A stretch of 64,000 nt of DNA from Rhizodiscina lignyota (GCA_010015805.1 ML978128.1:744001-808000), one strand, 5' to 3'; shown: positions 11,558 to 23,963, counted from the stretch's first letter. The notes: a model not told the origin generated them from the sequence alone. Program-made: numbers and translations.

Positions 11558-12245
11558 ATGTCTTGGGACGGTGAGTCTTCCAATGTCCATACCACCCGCT
11601 GCCTGATATAGCTTCCAAATCTTGCGTTACAACGTGACTGACGATGGCGCACAGCATATGTCAATACTAGGTACTTCCTCTTCGTCCTCCTTACGCGCTC
11701 CCCTCTTTGATCCCTTCAAAAATCGAGTGCGCTGCTGCCGGGATCAGCTCGCTAACTCGAAACAACAGCCTCGTCGGCACCGGTAACTTCGACAAAGCCG
11801 CAATCTTCAGCGCCGATGGAACAAGCGTATGGGCAGCGACTCCAGGCTGGAATGTACGTGATCCATACAATACTCCCATCATCCTCAAAGCCACCTCCGC
11901 AAGCCCATCCTCTCCGCGGCCTCGTCTCTCGCCACATGCACGACCACTGACTCATGCCTAATGTAGATCTCTGTGGATGAGATGAAGAAGGTGGTCGGCT
12001 GCCTAGCAAAAGAAACAGACCGGAACGACGCATACGGCAGCGGGCTGCACCTTGCGGGCGAGCGCTTCGTGCTCACGGGCGCGGACGAGAAGGAGCTGAA
12101 GCTGAAACATGGCAAGGAGGGCGCGTTCATCGTCAAGTCCACACAGGCCATTCTCATCGGCCATTACCCCGAGACGGTGCAGCCGGGCAGCGCGAACACG
12201 GTCATCGGACAGTTGGGAGACTACCTTGTCAGCGTGGGATACTAG
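11558..12245 (+). CDS. PFY1: Profilin
   Basis: Exons 11558-11570, 11655-11670, 11769-11853 and 11967-12245 give MSWDAYVNTSLVGTGNFDKAAIFSADGTSVWA...GERFV...KSTQAILIGHY...QLGDYLVSVGY. Confidence 0.95.
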
Positions 12246-12803
12246 AGCTCGAGGAAAGGCGGTGGCCAGGTGGTGCATATGCGGAGCGATCCTGCAAGAG
12301 GTGGAGGAGAAGAGAAGTGCATATAGCGGCGGACGGCTTTCAAATTGTGTAGATGTGCGGGGCGGTCTATTCGATGCGTCCCTCCGGCGGAAAAAGTTTA
12401 CTTCAGCTGGGAGGTAGACGCGGTAGAGTAGGGTATTCATGGATTTGGTCACGAAATGCATTGCGGGAGAAATACGTGCTTACAACAACAGGCAGCAGTC
12501 CTCACGGTCTATTCTTTTACCCTCTGAATATTCAACTGTCTGTTTCTTCCGTGAATTGCGAGCGTGTGCCGTGTGAACGCCAATACGAAGCCCCGGAATC
12601 GCCACCGTAAACATGATTGGACTGTCAATCTTCCGACGACTTGATTCGATCCGGGAGCACTTTCATGCGAATGAGCTGTTGCGCAAATAAAGTCCAAATT
12701 CAAATTGGGACCTGTTCAAACCAATTCGGATAATCGGTTTCTCTAATTTTATGATAATGCTATCCTCCAAAGGACATGCCTATCATCTAGACGATACCTA
12801 TGT

Positions 12804-14201
12804 CTATCCCATTCGCAACTGGAAGCCTGCGCCGCCCTCTTCCCTCTCCGCGCCGAAGAGACCGCTGAGATCAACAGCACCAAACTCAACCTTTCCACCT
12901 TCGCCTCTCTTTGGCGCGCTGGGCGTGTCTCGCCGCCTCTGCTTCTCTTGACCAGCCTTGCTGGGAAACGTAGGGAACATCTCCTTCGCTTTGGGTTTCG
13001 GGTCTTCCTTAAAGTAAGGATGGTCCAGAACTTCTGCTGCCGAAGGTCGCCCATCAGGATTTAAAGAAAGGAGGGACAATAAGAGGTCGACACCGGCGTT
13101 GGTAAGGAGCGCAAATGTACGCCTTATGTTTGGCTTCGTGGCGTGTGGTGGAGGGTTCGGAGGGAGACGTAGTGATCGGGCATTGGGAAGTCGTCGGAAG
13201 CCTGGCCATGTCGTGTCCGTGGGTATTCCCATAAGCGTGAGTATCTTGGATATTTGATCCACCTCATTCTTACCCTGAAGTATCGGCTCCTTCTGTAGTA
13301 GCTCTCCAAAGATGCACCCCACGCTCCAAAGATCGATCTCAAAGCCGTACGTCTTCGCACCTAGTAATAGCTCCGGCGCGCGATACCAGAGCGTAACCAC
13401 AAGCTGTGTGAGATTCGGCGGAGGTGGATCACCGGTGTATCTCGCCATGCCAAAGTCGGCCAGCTTGATCTCGCCCTGATTATTCATGAGAATGTTGCTT
13501 GTCTTAAGATCCCGATGCAGAATCCAATGGCTGTGAAGAAACGCGACAGCAGATGTGAGTTGAGCCATGAGCGTCTTGGTTTCGGACGGCAAGAAGGGTT
13601 CTGACATCGAGTCCTGAAGCGTCTTAAGATCGTGTTCCACAAACTCCATAACAATGAAGACGTCGTCTAATGTATCGCCAACCACCACCTCTCTCAGATC
13701 AACAATATGTGTGTGACTGCTCTCCTTAAGCGTCTGAATCTCCCTCAGCGCAGTGACAGGAAACCCATCATTGAGGTTATCCATCTTCAATTTCTTCAGC
13801 GCGACAACCTCCGCTGTCGCAGTCTCTCTCGCCCTTGACACCCAGCCATATGACCCTTCCTCAATGTGATTCAGCCGCTCAAAGTTATCGACGTGTCGAC
13901 AAGGTCCCCACGCCGGCGCCGCAAAGCGTAGCAGTTTCCTCGGCTGCTCTGCCTTCTCTTTCGTTCTGCTGTCCTCGCCATCGTGAGATAATCTACGTCG
14001 TTTGGTAGGCCGGTCTGAATCTTCGCGGTTTTGTTCGTCCTTTCGAGCCGCAGCCTCTTCCTCTGCCTTCTTGCGCCGTACCTCTTCCTCTTCTGCTTGG
14101 CGCTGCTTCTCGAGTTTTGCACGTTTCTTTTCCTCCTTTTCGCGCTTCCGCTGCACTTCTTCTTCTGCGTTGTCGGCCCAGCGCGACTTTGCGCTCGACA
14201 T
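12804..14201 (-). CDS. CDK11: CDK11/PITSLRE-like cyclin-dependent kinase (CMGC), intronless
   Basis: IEEGSYGWV, GFPVTALRE, HRDLKTSNIL, ADFGMAR, VVTLWYRAPE and the C-terminal MFPTFPSKAGQE, with a charged N-terminus. Confidence 0.92.
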   Translation of the reverse strand: MSSAKSRWADNAEEEVQRKREKEEKKRAKLEKQRQAEEEEVRRKKAEEEAAARKDEQNREDSDRPTKRRRLSHDGEDSRTKEKAEQPRKLLRFAAPAWGPCRHVDNFERLNHIEEGSYGWVSRARETATAEVVALKKLKMDNLNDGFPVTALREIQTLKESSHTHIVDLREVVVGDTLDDVFIVMEFVEHDLKTLQDSMSEPFLPSETKTLMAQLTSAVAFLHSHWILHRDLKTSNILMNNQGEIKLADFGMARYTGDPPPPNLTQLVVTLWYRAPELLLGAKTYGFEIDLWSVGCIFGELLQKEPILQGKNEVDQISKILTLMGIPTDTTWPGFRRLPNARSLRLPPNPPPHATKPNIRRTFALLTNAGVDLLLSLLSLNPDGRPSAAEVLDHPYFKEDPKPKAKEMFPTFPSKAGQEKQRRRDTPSAPKRGEGGKVEFGAVDLSGLFGAEREEGGAGFQLRMG

Positions 14202-14363
14202 GGTGGTGTTGCGCAATCAAGGTTGGAGAGTGAGGTTAGAGGGGGTGGTGAGCTCGGGGGAGAGGAAAAAGCTCCGCAACGGAAGATGTCATCGAACGAT
14301 TGATGGCTCGAGCTTCAACTTCAACAAGCTTGTGATAATGCGCTTTTACTTCGAAACTGTATT

Positions 14364-16073
14364 ATGATGCTTGCTCTTTCTCGGGCTTGTCTAAGAAGCT
14401 CGAGATGTTATGTGCGCACCACACAATGTCTTCGACTTAGTGGCAGGCTTGCTCTTGAACAGCCAAGAGTACGATGTCAATCCACGATCAGCAAAAGGCA
14501 ATGGTCCACACCATTAGCCGAAGAGATATCTAAAGCTATAGCTGTAGGGCATCAATCATTCTCACTTTGGCTTCTCGCTAACCAACTGAATAGGTTACCG
14601 GCCCAATATCCGTTGCTGCATACATGCGACAATGCCTCACCTCCATGACCGGTGGCTACTATACATCTCTACAAACCGACGGCCGAGATCAATTCGGACA
14701 GAAGGGCGACTTCGTAACCTCGCCAGAGATATCTCAGGTATTTGGGGAGCTTATAGGAATATGGATTGTTGCAGAATGGATGGCACAGGGAAAGAAGAAG
14801 AACGGAGTATACTTGATGGAACTCGGTCCTGGGAGAGGAACACTGATGGATGATATGCTGAGGGTAAGGGATAGACCCTTTTCAGTATAACATCGAGGCG
14901 TAGGGGCTGATATACTTACTCACACAGACGATCCAGAACTTCAAGCCTATGGCATCGAGTATCGATGCTGTATACATGGTCGAAGCAAGCCCGCAGCTAA
15001 GGGCGAAGCAGCATGCTCTACTCTGCAATAATGCACCATTAGAGCAGACGGATATTGGATTCAAGAGCACATGTAAATATTTGCCAAATGTTCCAATCAT
15101 TTGGGTAGAGGATTTAAAGCTCTTACCACCCGGTAAACTCGACACGGCTATTTCTCAGAAACGATTATACTGACTTCTATCAGATGCAACCAAGGAGCGC
15201 TCCCCATTCGTAATCGCTCACGAATTCTTCGACGCTCTTCCAATTCACGTCTTCCAGCCCGTTCAAGTCTCACCGTCCGAAGAGCCAAGGATTAAGAAGA
15301 CTTCGAGCGATCCCGCTCCATCTTCGCAGACCCAAAGCCCAAACCACGAATGGCGCGAACTCGTCATAAGTCCCACTTCGCCTCCATCATCCACCACACC
15401 AGTGTCGTCCTCATCTCCCTACCCAGACTTCGAGCTCTCCCTGTCCAAAACCCGCACGCCGCACAGCATCATGCTACCCCAGCTCTCCGCGCGCTACCAA
15501 GCTCTCGCATCCACCCAGCACGCAGTCATCGAAATATCTCCCGAGTCTCACAGCATAATCCACGACATCGCAGCCCGAATCGGCGGCGCCTCAACTCTGC
15601 CTTCATCAGCACCTGCTCCTCGACCAACTACTCCGTCTGGAGCGGCCCTAATCCTCGACTACGGGCCCTCCTCCACCATCCCAACAAACTCCCTCCGTGG
15701 AATCCAACGCCATAAGCGCGTCTCACCTTTCATTTCGCCTGGTCAAGTTGACCTCTCCGCCGACGTGGATTTCCGGGGTCTGGCCGAGGCAGCCATCAAC
15801 GCGAGTCCCGGAGTGGAAGTCCATGGACCGGTGGAGCAGGGGCTGTGGCTGAAAGCCATGGGAATTGAAGCACGCGCGGAGATGCTTACCCGTAATGCGA
15901 AGGATGAAGAGGAGAAGAAGAAGATTGAGGGAGCCTGGAGGAGATTGGTGGACCGTGGACCGCAAGGGATGGGGAGGCTGTATAAGATTATGGCGATTTT
16001 GCCGCATTTAGGGGAGGTGGAGAACGGGAAGATTAGGAGGCCGGTTGGATTTGGTGGCGATGTTCAGATATAG
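14364..16073 (+). CDS. NDUFAF7: Mitochondrial protein arginine methyltransferase NDUFAF7/MidA
   Basis: Arg-rich presequence; [57 protein letters not shown] and [12 protein letters not shown] across 3 introns. Confidence 0.93.
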
Positions 16074-16569
16074 ATGTCAGTCTTATGTATGAGTACGCTT
16101 GTGGGCGACATAATAGTTAGCCGCCGGGCAAGTTGCAACGCGTAAGAGCGAGCAGGTGTTGCGCTTCGAGGTAAGTGAGACCATCTCTGAAAGTCTGGTT
16201 CTGCGTTCTTCGGAGTGCTTATAATAACATACCGTTGAAGAGCTTCTACCTTTGTTGATCGTGGAAGCTAGATACATCATAACTGTTCAGTTCTGCGGGA
16301 AACCTTTTTTGTCACCCCCGAGATGGAGGGACGGGGAGAATTGACTCGAGGTGGATCCCTTTCCATTCCATTTATTATCTAAAAGACATCAAGGAGAAGC
16401 CAACGCACCGCTCCGACCCGCTTGTAGACAATTTCCATGCAAGAAACGGCCCTAGATGGAAGCGCATATACACATTCGAAGTTTGAAGGGGGAGAAAAAG
16501 AGGAAATAGAGTACGAGTACAACCGACCACAGGTATCCGCTTCTTTTTGATGACCAAGTCCTAAGCGTC

Positions 16570-17828
16570 TTACACACGCATCAACTTCGCCGCATATCCT
16601 GTAATCGTATCCACCTGTGGGAAGCTCATCTCCTCCAGTTTCTGGGCATAGGGGGTGGGCACCTCCGCACCAGTGACCCTGATTGGGGGCGCCTCAAGAT
16701 AGTCAAAGGCATATTCGCATGTCAAAGCCAGAAGTTCTGCACCAACACCGAAGGCCGGGAAGCCGCTCTCAACAGCCATCATGTGACCGGTCTTCTTGAC
16801 GGACTTGACGATCGCCTCAACGTCAAGGGGCTTGATCGAACGCAGGTTGATGACTTCGGCCTCAATGCCATACTGCTTCTTCAGCTGTTCAGCTGCGGAG
16901 AGGGACAGGCCGACGCAGCGAGAAATGGTGACGATGGTGAGGTCCTTGCCGGGGCGCTCGATCTTGGCTTTGCCGAACTGGCTTCAATTAGCATCGGCCC
17001 AGTTACTCCAAAGCAGTGAAAGAAGTAGACTCACAGGAATGACAAAGTCATCCTTCTGCGCCTCCTCGCTCATTGGGAAGCTCTGTCCGTACAACAGCTC
17101 ATTCTCCAGCACAACAACCGGGTTGGGGTCCCTGATAGCCGCCTTCAGCAGACCCTTAGCATCCTCCGAGCTCCACGGGCTGACCACCTTTAAGCCCGGT
17201 ATGCTACCGTACCATGCGCTGTAGTCCTGCGAGTGCTGTGCCGCAACACCCGATGCAAAGCCGTTCGGTCCTCTGAAGGTGATGTTGCAGGGCTGGATGC
17301 CACCGGACATGTAGTGCGTCTTTGCGGCCGAGTTGACGATCTGATCGATAGCCTGCATGGCAAAGTTGAATGTCATAAACTCGCAGATGGGGTGGAGACC
17401 AGCGAGGGCAGCTCCGACTGTCAGTCCGGCGAAGCCAGATTCCGTGATGGGAGAGTCGATGACACGCTTTTCACCAAAGCGGTCGAGGAGGCCTTTCGTG
17501 ACTTTGTAGCTGTGAAGATTTGTGAGGAATCATCCTTTAATTAGATGCAAAATAATCATGGTACATACGCGCCGTTGTACTGTGCGACTTCTTCTCCGAG
17601 AACGAAGACTTTTGGGTTGAGTTCCATCTCCTCCGCCATCGCCTCGTTCAGGGCGTCACGGACCGTCAATTCTTTTGTATTCGACGGCGTGGCATAGTTT
17701 CTGCATGCTGTGAATGCGGGCTGGAATTGTCTCCTTGCGAATCGCAATTGCGGTGACTGCTGGTGGAAGGTAGCTGGACGGGATGCGGAGAGGCGGGAGG
17801 CCTGCCGGCCTAATCTGGCGGCAGCCAT
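16570..17828 (-). CDS. PDB1: Pyruvate dehydrogenase E1 beta subunit, mitochondrial
   Basis: [55 protein letters not shown] and AFDYLEAP; 2 introns. Confidence 0.97.
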
Positions 17829-18279
17829 TTTGAAACAATGCAATTGCGGTGGAGGAAGGATCGAGGAGATGAGATGAAGCTCGGAAGGAGAGAATAGAGT
17901 GTGAAAGGCGATGGGCGAGGACTTGATGCGTTGATGGAGTTTTTTGGGCGGAGTCCGGTAGCGTTGAGCTCCCCGTTGACAAGCTCCGATGGCCCGTGCG
18001 CTACAGCTCCCTAAAAATTAGCGTGCCCAAGAACCTATGTACATTCGAAGCAAATCCTTTGCACATAGTTTCCAGGAAACTGATTTGTATTGTATTCAAT
18101 AGTGCCTCAACTGAATTATGTTTAGGTATCAGAAGGACTATCGAACCGATACAATTGGCTACTCACTACGGAGTAATCCATAGCTTTCTTGTACTCAACT
18201 GTGGGTGCCTTGTGGATGCTTTGCCCCAATTCTAAACTAGTTCAAGGAGACCTCAGATGCCATAACATTTAGAGGATAG

Positions 18280-20205
18280 TTATAGAAGACTCAAGCGTCG
18301 TGATAGAATCGACCCTTGCGCAGAGTAACAAACGCCCTGGCCATCCATCAGCCCCTCGACATAACACTCTCCAACAAAGGTGTTGTCGAGCGAGGGATGC
18401 AAGCTTTCTGAATCGGAAAGTCTGCAGCGGACAATATACAGCATCTGGCCACCAAGAAATCCGAATACTTTGTCCCCTACTTGCATCGATGCCGGTCCAA
18501 TTCCCATGAAGCCAGTTTTAGTTCGGAAGAATCGACGATACACAATATTGCACGCCAGTGACACACGCATATGGTGAGCACTTTGAATTTCATCGGCCGT
18601 AAAGTTTTCCACAGAGTCTCTCTTCAATAGCTCATTCTGAAAGTACGCCCCGCGGACAAGACCGAAATTCGGAGTGCGCAGCACATCTCCAACAAGTGTG
18701 TGCAGGTATGCTTCGTGGTTTGTGCCCCCGGACCGGTATGGAGAATTAGGATCTTTAGGTTTCCACGCTTTCAGAGCTGCATCGACGTCGTTTTCGGATG
18801 GGCACAGACTTTCAATCTCGGAAACCGTGTCGACCTCAAAAGCGTCGACAGTCAAAGTGCTACCTTCGAGAGAGATATTGCTTGTGGAATCCAAACTTGC
18901 ACTGTACAGCCTGTCGTCGATCTTATATTCCTGTTTACTCTTCTTGAAAATGTCAAAATCCGAGAATCCATTCCAGTTTGGCACAAATGATGGCCAAGTC
19001 GCAACCGCCGTGGATTCGGAAGACCCCGATACGTAGGCGAGAAAGTTCAGTCGATGCAAAGGAGGGTACACGGCAATACAATATCGGACCACGTCCGTAT
19101 AGACCTGGCTGAGAGGGTTGCTGTAATCCGGCACAATAATGTCCTCGTTCTTATCAACCAGGCCAAGAATCGCATATACCTTGTCTCGAGGGTCGGTGCA
19201 AGAGAATGTTCGTAGAAATTGGAGTGCGTCTAGAAGCCGCAGCTCCCGGTGTGCGCGGAGATCAGCCATCATGAGCATGCAGTATGCTCGTCTCGTTTTA
19301 ACTGATTTGAAGAAATATGCAGGCATTTGAGATACTAGCCTGGCCAGCATCAAACTCCCAATGAGGTCCGGGAACGGAATCCAAGCTCTACCACACATGC
19401 AGTATGTAGGTGCTGGACCTGTTGCTTCTTGGACTACCCATGCTCTTTCCCACCAGAGACTCTGGCTCAACTTGTTGATCGCATTCCACTCACGGTCTGA
19501 AGAGATTATTGAGATTACTTTGGCCAACGCCTCCTGGTCTCCAGACACTTGATTCAGAATGAATCGGAAAGGTCCCCGCGAAGGCCTCTCAATGCCTCCA
19601 ACATAGCTTTTCCATGCACTTAGAATGTCAATTGCGATCGTGTGATCCTGGAAAGTGTTCCCAAGCCAAACGCAGACTGAAGCGGATTTCTCGTAGATAT
19701 AGCTCATATAACGGACCTGGCTGCTTCGCTCCGCCTGGTCCTGTTGATTGATACTTATTTGGTCCACCCATAGGTACTGGCTTGTCTCGACAACCTTTTC
19801 AATAACGTTATCAAGAGCATCCGCAAGGTTTCGCGAAATCCCGAGAGGATGGGAATCAATTTCTATTATGACATTATCGGTTCGGTCGCCCCAGGCGTAT
19901 GAAAGCGCCGTATAAACAGGAACGGATTCAGGTTCATCGAGACTCGCTTCTATAAGGTTGAATTTTCTACACGGTGATACATCACCTCTGGATTTGTCAT
20001 GCTGAGGGAGGAGGACATGGTACCTTGTTAATACTTTCGCGGTCTCGAAGGTAATTTCAACAAGACGAATGTTCTTTTGTCCTTGTAACGGGCAATACTT
20101 GAAGTTCTTCCGGATAACTCAGAATCTGATTTAGCTCAGGTCGATCTAGAGAAAGTTAATGGTCTACTTGGACTTACCTTCACCGCAACTATCTGTGCCC
20201 GACAT
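18280..20205 (-). CDS. Heterokaryon incompatibility (HET domain, HET-6-like) protein; 5' exon junction uncertain
   Basis: Frame open from ~20118: IRLVEI..YTALSYAWG..LWVDQISINQQDQAERSSQV..M..IY, WWERAWVVQE, CTDPRDKVYAILGL, PSFVPNW, RRFFRTKTGFMGIGP and FVGECYVEGLMDG. Confidence 0.88.
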
Positions 20206-21231
20206 CTTCTCGGTTCCCTCTGAGCTAGCCACAAATGTCGTGGAAGATTGAAGGATATGGAATTCGTCCTCGTGAAAAGGCTCGGAGCTCCGCAAGCTTA
20301 CGATATATGCGTATAATACGGCTCCAGGTAGATAGCCTAGTTGAAGTTAGCGTGCGTGGTGTGCGGGGCTCGAGGCCTTTCTTTTGGCCCTTACGATAGA
20401 TACATTTAGACCAATCGGTACTTATTGCTTTCTACAAGTTTTGTATAGCAAATTTAAGCAACAACATGCAGTGCGAAGTCCCCTCCGTCCTTGGCGTCGT
20501 AAAGTCTGGTTCTATTTGAAATGCTGAAGCAGAGCCGTTCGCGGATTAGGGCATCCATAGGGATACGTCCGTAGGAATGTAGAGATCAAAAAAGGCATCT
20601 CCATCACAAAAGGCATCGATAATATCGTACCCGGAAATGCTGCTCATGTCATATTCCTTGGGGCGCTTTTTATTACTGATCTAGTTAGGATGTGGAATAC
20701 AAATTAGGATTAGCGCGTTTACTATCCATATCCTTCTTGGAACATCGGTGCAATGTATAAGAAGCTCGAATACAACAGCTAATTTCCGGGCTCACAGCCC
20801 CTTCCAAGCTTCACACGGGTTAGAAAGGCGCGAAAGCCTTCCCTTAGTGCTCACTACTCTACTGTATTTCGAGTCATTGCTGGTGGTTGGTTCGACCTGA
20901 AGAAGCTTTAGTCAAGGATTCAAGCTCTTCAATTCTACGCAAAATCGACCTCATTCCTAATGCCCTGCCACTTTTACGAAGGTCTATCTTTAGAACGTTG
21001 TGTGGAAGGATGGAGTACGATGTTGTTTTCTCTAGACAATAAGGGAAACAGTTACGCTTTGGTTTCTTTTTCCTCTTTCTGAATCTACATAAAGTCTACT
21101 AAGCGGCCATTTCTTGCAATGCAATGGCCATACCCTTCCTCTCCTGACAGAAAGCCATATCTGACTATTTCGTTTTGAAGTTTACTTTTCTATTCACCCC
21201 ACCATCGGATTACTATTCCATCGCCATCGCT

Positions 21232-22011
21232 ATGAAGCCAGGCGTATCGTTATTCCTGCTTTTCATCCAAATATGTCGTCTCTGCCTGGCACAAAACATT
21301 GCCCAGATGAACTTTTACAACGACAACGATTGTGGTAACTTCATATCCAGCAGGCAGGTTCAAGACTTTGAACTCGGGCAATGCGTCACACTCGATACGG
21401 TTAATCAGGGGAACTCTGCCTTGCTGGCTAACTGCAACGTTCTCGTGGACGGCGTGTCAAACTGCGGGTGCACCTTCTATGCCAACTCGGATTGCTCCGG
21501 CGATGACTCCGACAGCTTCCAAGGAAATAGTGTCCCTCAGCCGGTCCGCTGCGCCGCTCCCGGGTCGGTTGTAGTCAAGTGGAAATCGTTCGAGTGTCAG
21601 ACTTGGGATCATTGCACGGGGCGAAGGGATCCTTTCGATAATGAATTCCAGGTCACCAGCCCTCAGATTCAAAACGACTTTTCGCGGTTCCCGATCCGCT
21701 CAGACGAGGTAGCCGATTGGATGGGCCCGGTTGAAGATGCGTGGAATTCGATCAACACAGGTCAATCAACATCCTTTACTCCCGAAAATGCGAGAACAGG
21801 GAGAGACTTGGGGCTTGCGACACTCTCCATCATCGCTCCCGGTACCAACCTGTCGCCGACTGATGCTATTGTGGAAAATCTTATACTGGCATGCTTGGGC
21901 GAGGCGGTTGCTTCGGGACAGGGTCATACTGTTGGCACTATCCCGATAGAAAACTGTTGTGGGCAGGTTGTGGCTACTTTCACCTTTAGTAGCAGCGATG
22001 ACGATGACTAG
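21232..22011 (+). CDS. Secreted cysteine-rich two-domain protein of unknown function
   Basis: Signal peptide MKPGVSLFLLFIQICRLCLA; Cys-rich N-terminal half with a twice-repeated FY-x4-C motif; internal RR; acidic C-terminal half; intronless. Confidence 0.78.
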   Translation: MKPGVSLFLLFIQICRLCLAQNIAQMNFYNDNDCGNFISSRQVQDFELGQCVTLDTVNQGNSALLANCNVLVDGVSNCGCTFYANSDCSGDDSDSFQGNSVPQPVRCAAPGSVVVKWKSFECQTWDHCTGRRDPFDNEFQVTSPQIQNDFSRFPIRSDEVADWMGPVEDAWNSINTGQSTSFTPENARTGRDLGLATLSIIAPGTNLSPTDAIVENLILACLGEAVASGQGHTVGTIPIENCCGQVVATFTFSSSDDDD

Positions 22012-22502
22012 TTAATAGTTGAGGACGATTTTCATTGATGCACGCGAAACGAGTCTGATAAAACTGCGGAGAATCCAAGATCATTTGGGAGTGCTTTAGA
22101 CTTGTAGAACTGAAACTCGAAGAAAATCTATGAGAAAATGTTTCAATCTTATAAGTTGTCGTGAGAATATGCTCTTCTGCTTGAATCAGCTCCAAGGTAG
22201 GACTGTGGGGCATTGTGGAGTTAGAGGATGCGCTCTCGTTCAATAATACAGCTTCTCTTAGCGGTGATTCTAAGCCCTTGCTAGAGTACGCATAAGAGTG
22301 CAGTTTCAGGGTGCAAGCATAATGCTTGAAGCTAATAAACTGACCTCGCACCGTTTTCCGCAGTCGTTGGCATACGAAATTGAACCGCTTTTTCTAATAT
22401 ACTCCCCTCGAAAGTTTCAATCATGTCTTTGATCATTGCTACGCGCAGATACTAAACGTCTCGGAAAGTCAAAGACAACGCAATAAACAGGTGAAAACTA
22501 AT

Positions 22503-23963
22503 TTACAGCACCAAAAATACTCCGACGAATAACAGGATCCCAAAGAGACCTATATCAACTCCGTGTCGCCACCCTTTGGATTCCCCGACGATATCTATCG
22601 CGAGCGGCAAAGTAGAAACATCTATAGTCTGGATCTGTTTCGAATCATAGTCTGCAACCAGAACAGTCTTGCCGTCAGGGCTGACAGCAAATTCGCGAGG
22701 AAACAGACCAGTAGCAAGCTGACCCAGATTAGCCTTATCACCCTTCCCGGCGAGCGCCTTCTTAACATCAACAACAGATATTCCGGTTGTTGCATCCGTG
22801 TTATTGAAGCGGTTCGAATTGGCAGTAAGGATCAGGTTCTCGTTGCGGGCAAAGGTCAGGCCGACTGGAGCAGTACCTACTGTCACTTTGGCAAGCAACG
22901 ATTCGCTGGGATTCGATATCAATTTCTCCGTGTCGTATGCGAGGAGCAGGTCGCTTTCGCGTGCCGTAACCCACAGCGTCTTTCCGTCAGACGAGACAAT
23001 AGCCCTTACGGGGCCACAGGCAGCGGCGACCGAGGACTTGAGGGCATCCTTCGTATTGTTGGCCTTGAGTGCTGCAACGTCCAGAGCACTAATAAAGCCC
23101 GGCAAGTTACTCGTAAGGACCTGGCTCTCGCTGGTCGCGTATATGGTGTTGCCGTCCGGCGACAGCACGCTTCCGACAACTGCATCACCCAATTGCAAGA
23201 AGCCAACATGCGTGCTTTTCACAGGCTCGTCCGCTGTCCCTTTGTCAATCTTGAAGACATCCAAAGCTCCGAGGAGGCCGGTTAAGGTGCTGCCATACTC
23301 CTGGCTAACAAAGGCGTACTCATCGTCCGACGTCAGAGTTACCTGCGTCCCACTGAGCCCGGCGCCTGAATGTATGCTCGCGGCCACCTCAACGGAATCC
23401 GCCTCATCGCCAGTGCTGTTGCTATAACTTGTACCGTTTAGGCCGCCAATGGCAGCATCTGAGCTGCCAGCAATCGCCTTGGCGATGTCGAAAATTGCCG
23501 CACCTGGACCAGCAGCCACAAAGACGTAACGACCGTCGTGGCTCAAAGCAACGTCCAGACCTCCTTCATCGATCGCGTATCCATTGGGCAACGGAATTTG
23601 GTGAATAAGCTTTGGAGTAAAATCACTAGTGTCGAGGACACCCAGAGCACTATTGGCACCGTCCGGTAGGGCGACGAACGCATGGTCGTTGTCGGCATAG
23701 ACCAGCCCGAATGGGGTACTTGGAACGCCGAATTTTGTCGTCCGGACGTGGTTGAGAGCCTTCTGCTTCGGTGCGACAGGAGCGGCGTCATTGGCACAAG
23801 AAGTAGGCAAGGAGGAAATCTGAGTGGCTGGAATGATCGGTAAAGTGACTGTAGCACCGCTCTCAGTGACTGTGGTTACTGTAACGGCATTGACGAAGCC
23901 GAGTGATGCAACGGCGACAAGGAGCCATGCTTCAAGTGAGAGTAGGCCTGTTCTGGACCTCAT
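22503..23963 (-). CDS. Secreted/surface beta-propeller protein (YVTN/YncE/lactonase-like) with hydrophobic C-terminal tail
   Basis: Signal peptide from ATG 23963; repeats VALSHDGRYVFV, VLSPDGNTIYA, VSSDGKTLWV, VGTAPVGLTF and TGLFPREFAVSPDGKTVLVAD; C-terminal LFGILLFVGVFLVL (TM or GPI signal). Confidence 0.82.
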   Translation of the reverse strand: MRSRTGLLSLEAWLLVAVASLGFVNAVTVTTVTESGATVTLPIIPATQISSLPTSCANDAAPVAPKQKALNHVRTTKFGVPSTPFGLVYADNDHAFVALPDGANSALGVLDTSDFTPKLIHQIPLPNGYAIDEGGLDVALSHDGRYVFVAAGPGAAIFDIAKAIAGSSDAAIGGLNGTSYSNSTGDEADSVEVAASIHSGAGLSGTQVTLTSDDEYAFVSQEYGSTLTGLLGALDVFKIDKGTADEPVKSTHVGFLQLGDAVVGSVLSPDGNTIYATSESQVLTSNLPGFISALDVAALKANNTKDALKSSVAAACGPVRAIVSSDGKTLWVTARESDLLLAYDTEKLISNPSESLLAKVTVGTAPVGLTFARNENLILTANSNRFNNTDATTGISVVDVKKALAGKGDKANLGQLATGLFPREFAVSPDGKTVLVADYDSKQIQTIDVSTLPLAIDIVGESKGWRHGVDIGLFGILLFVGVFLVL

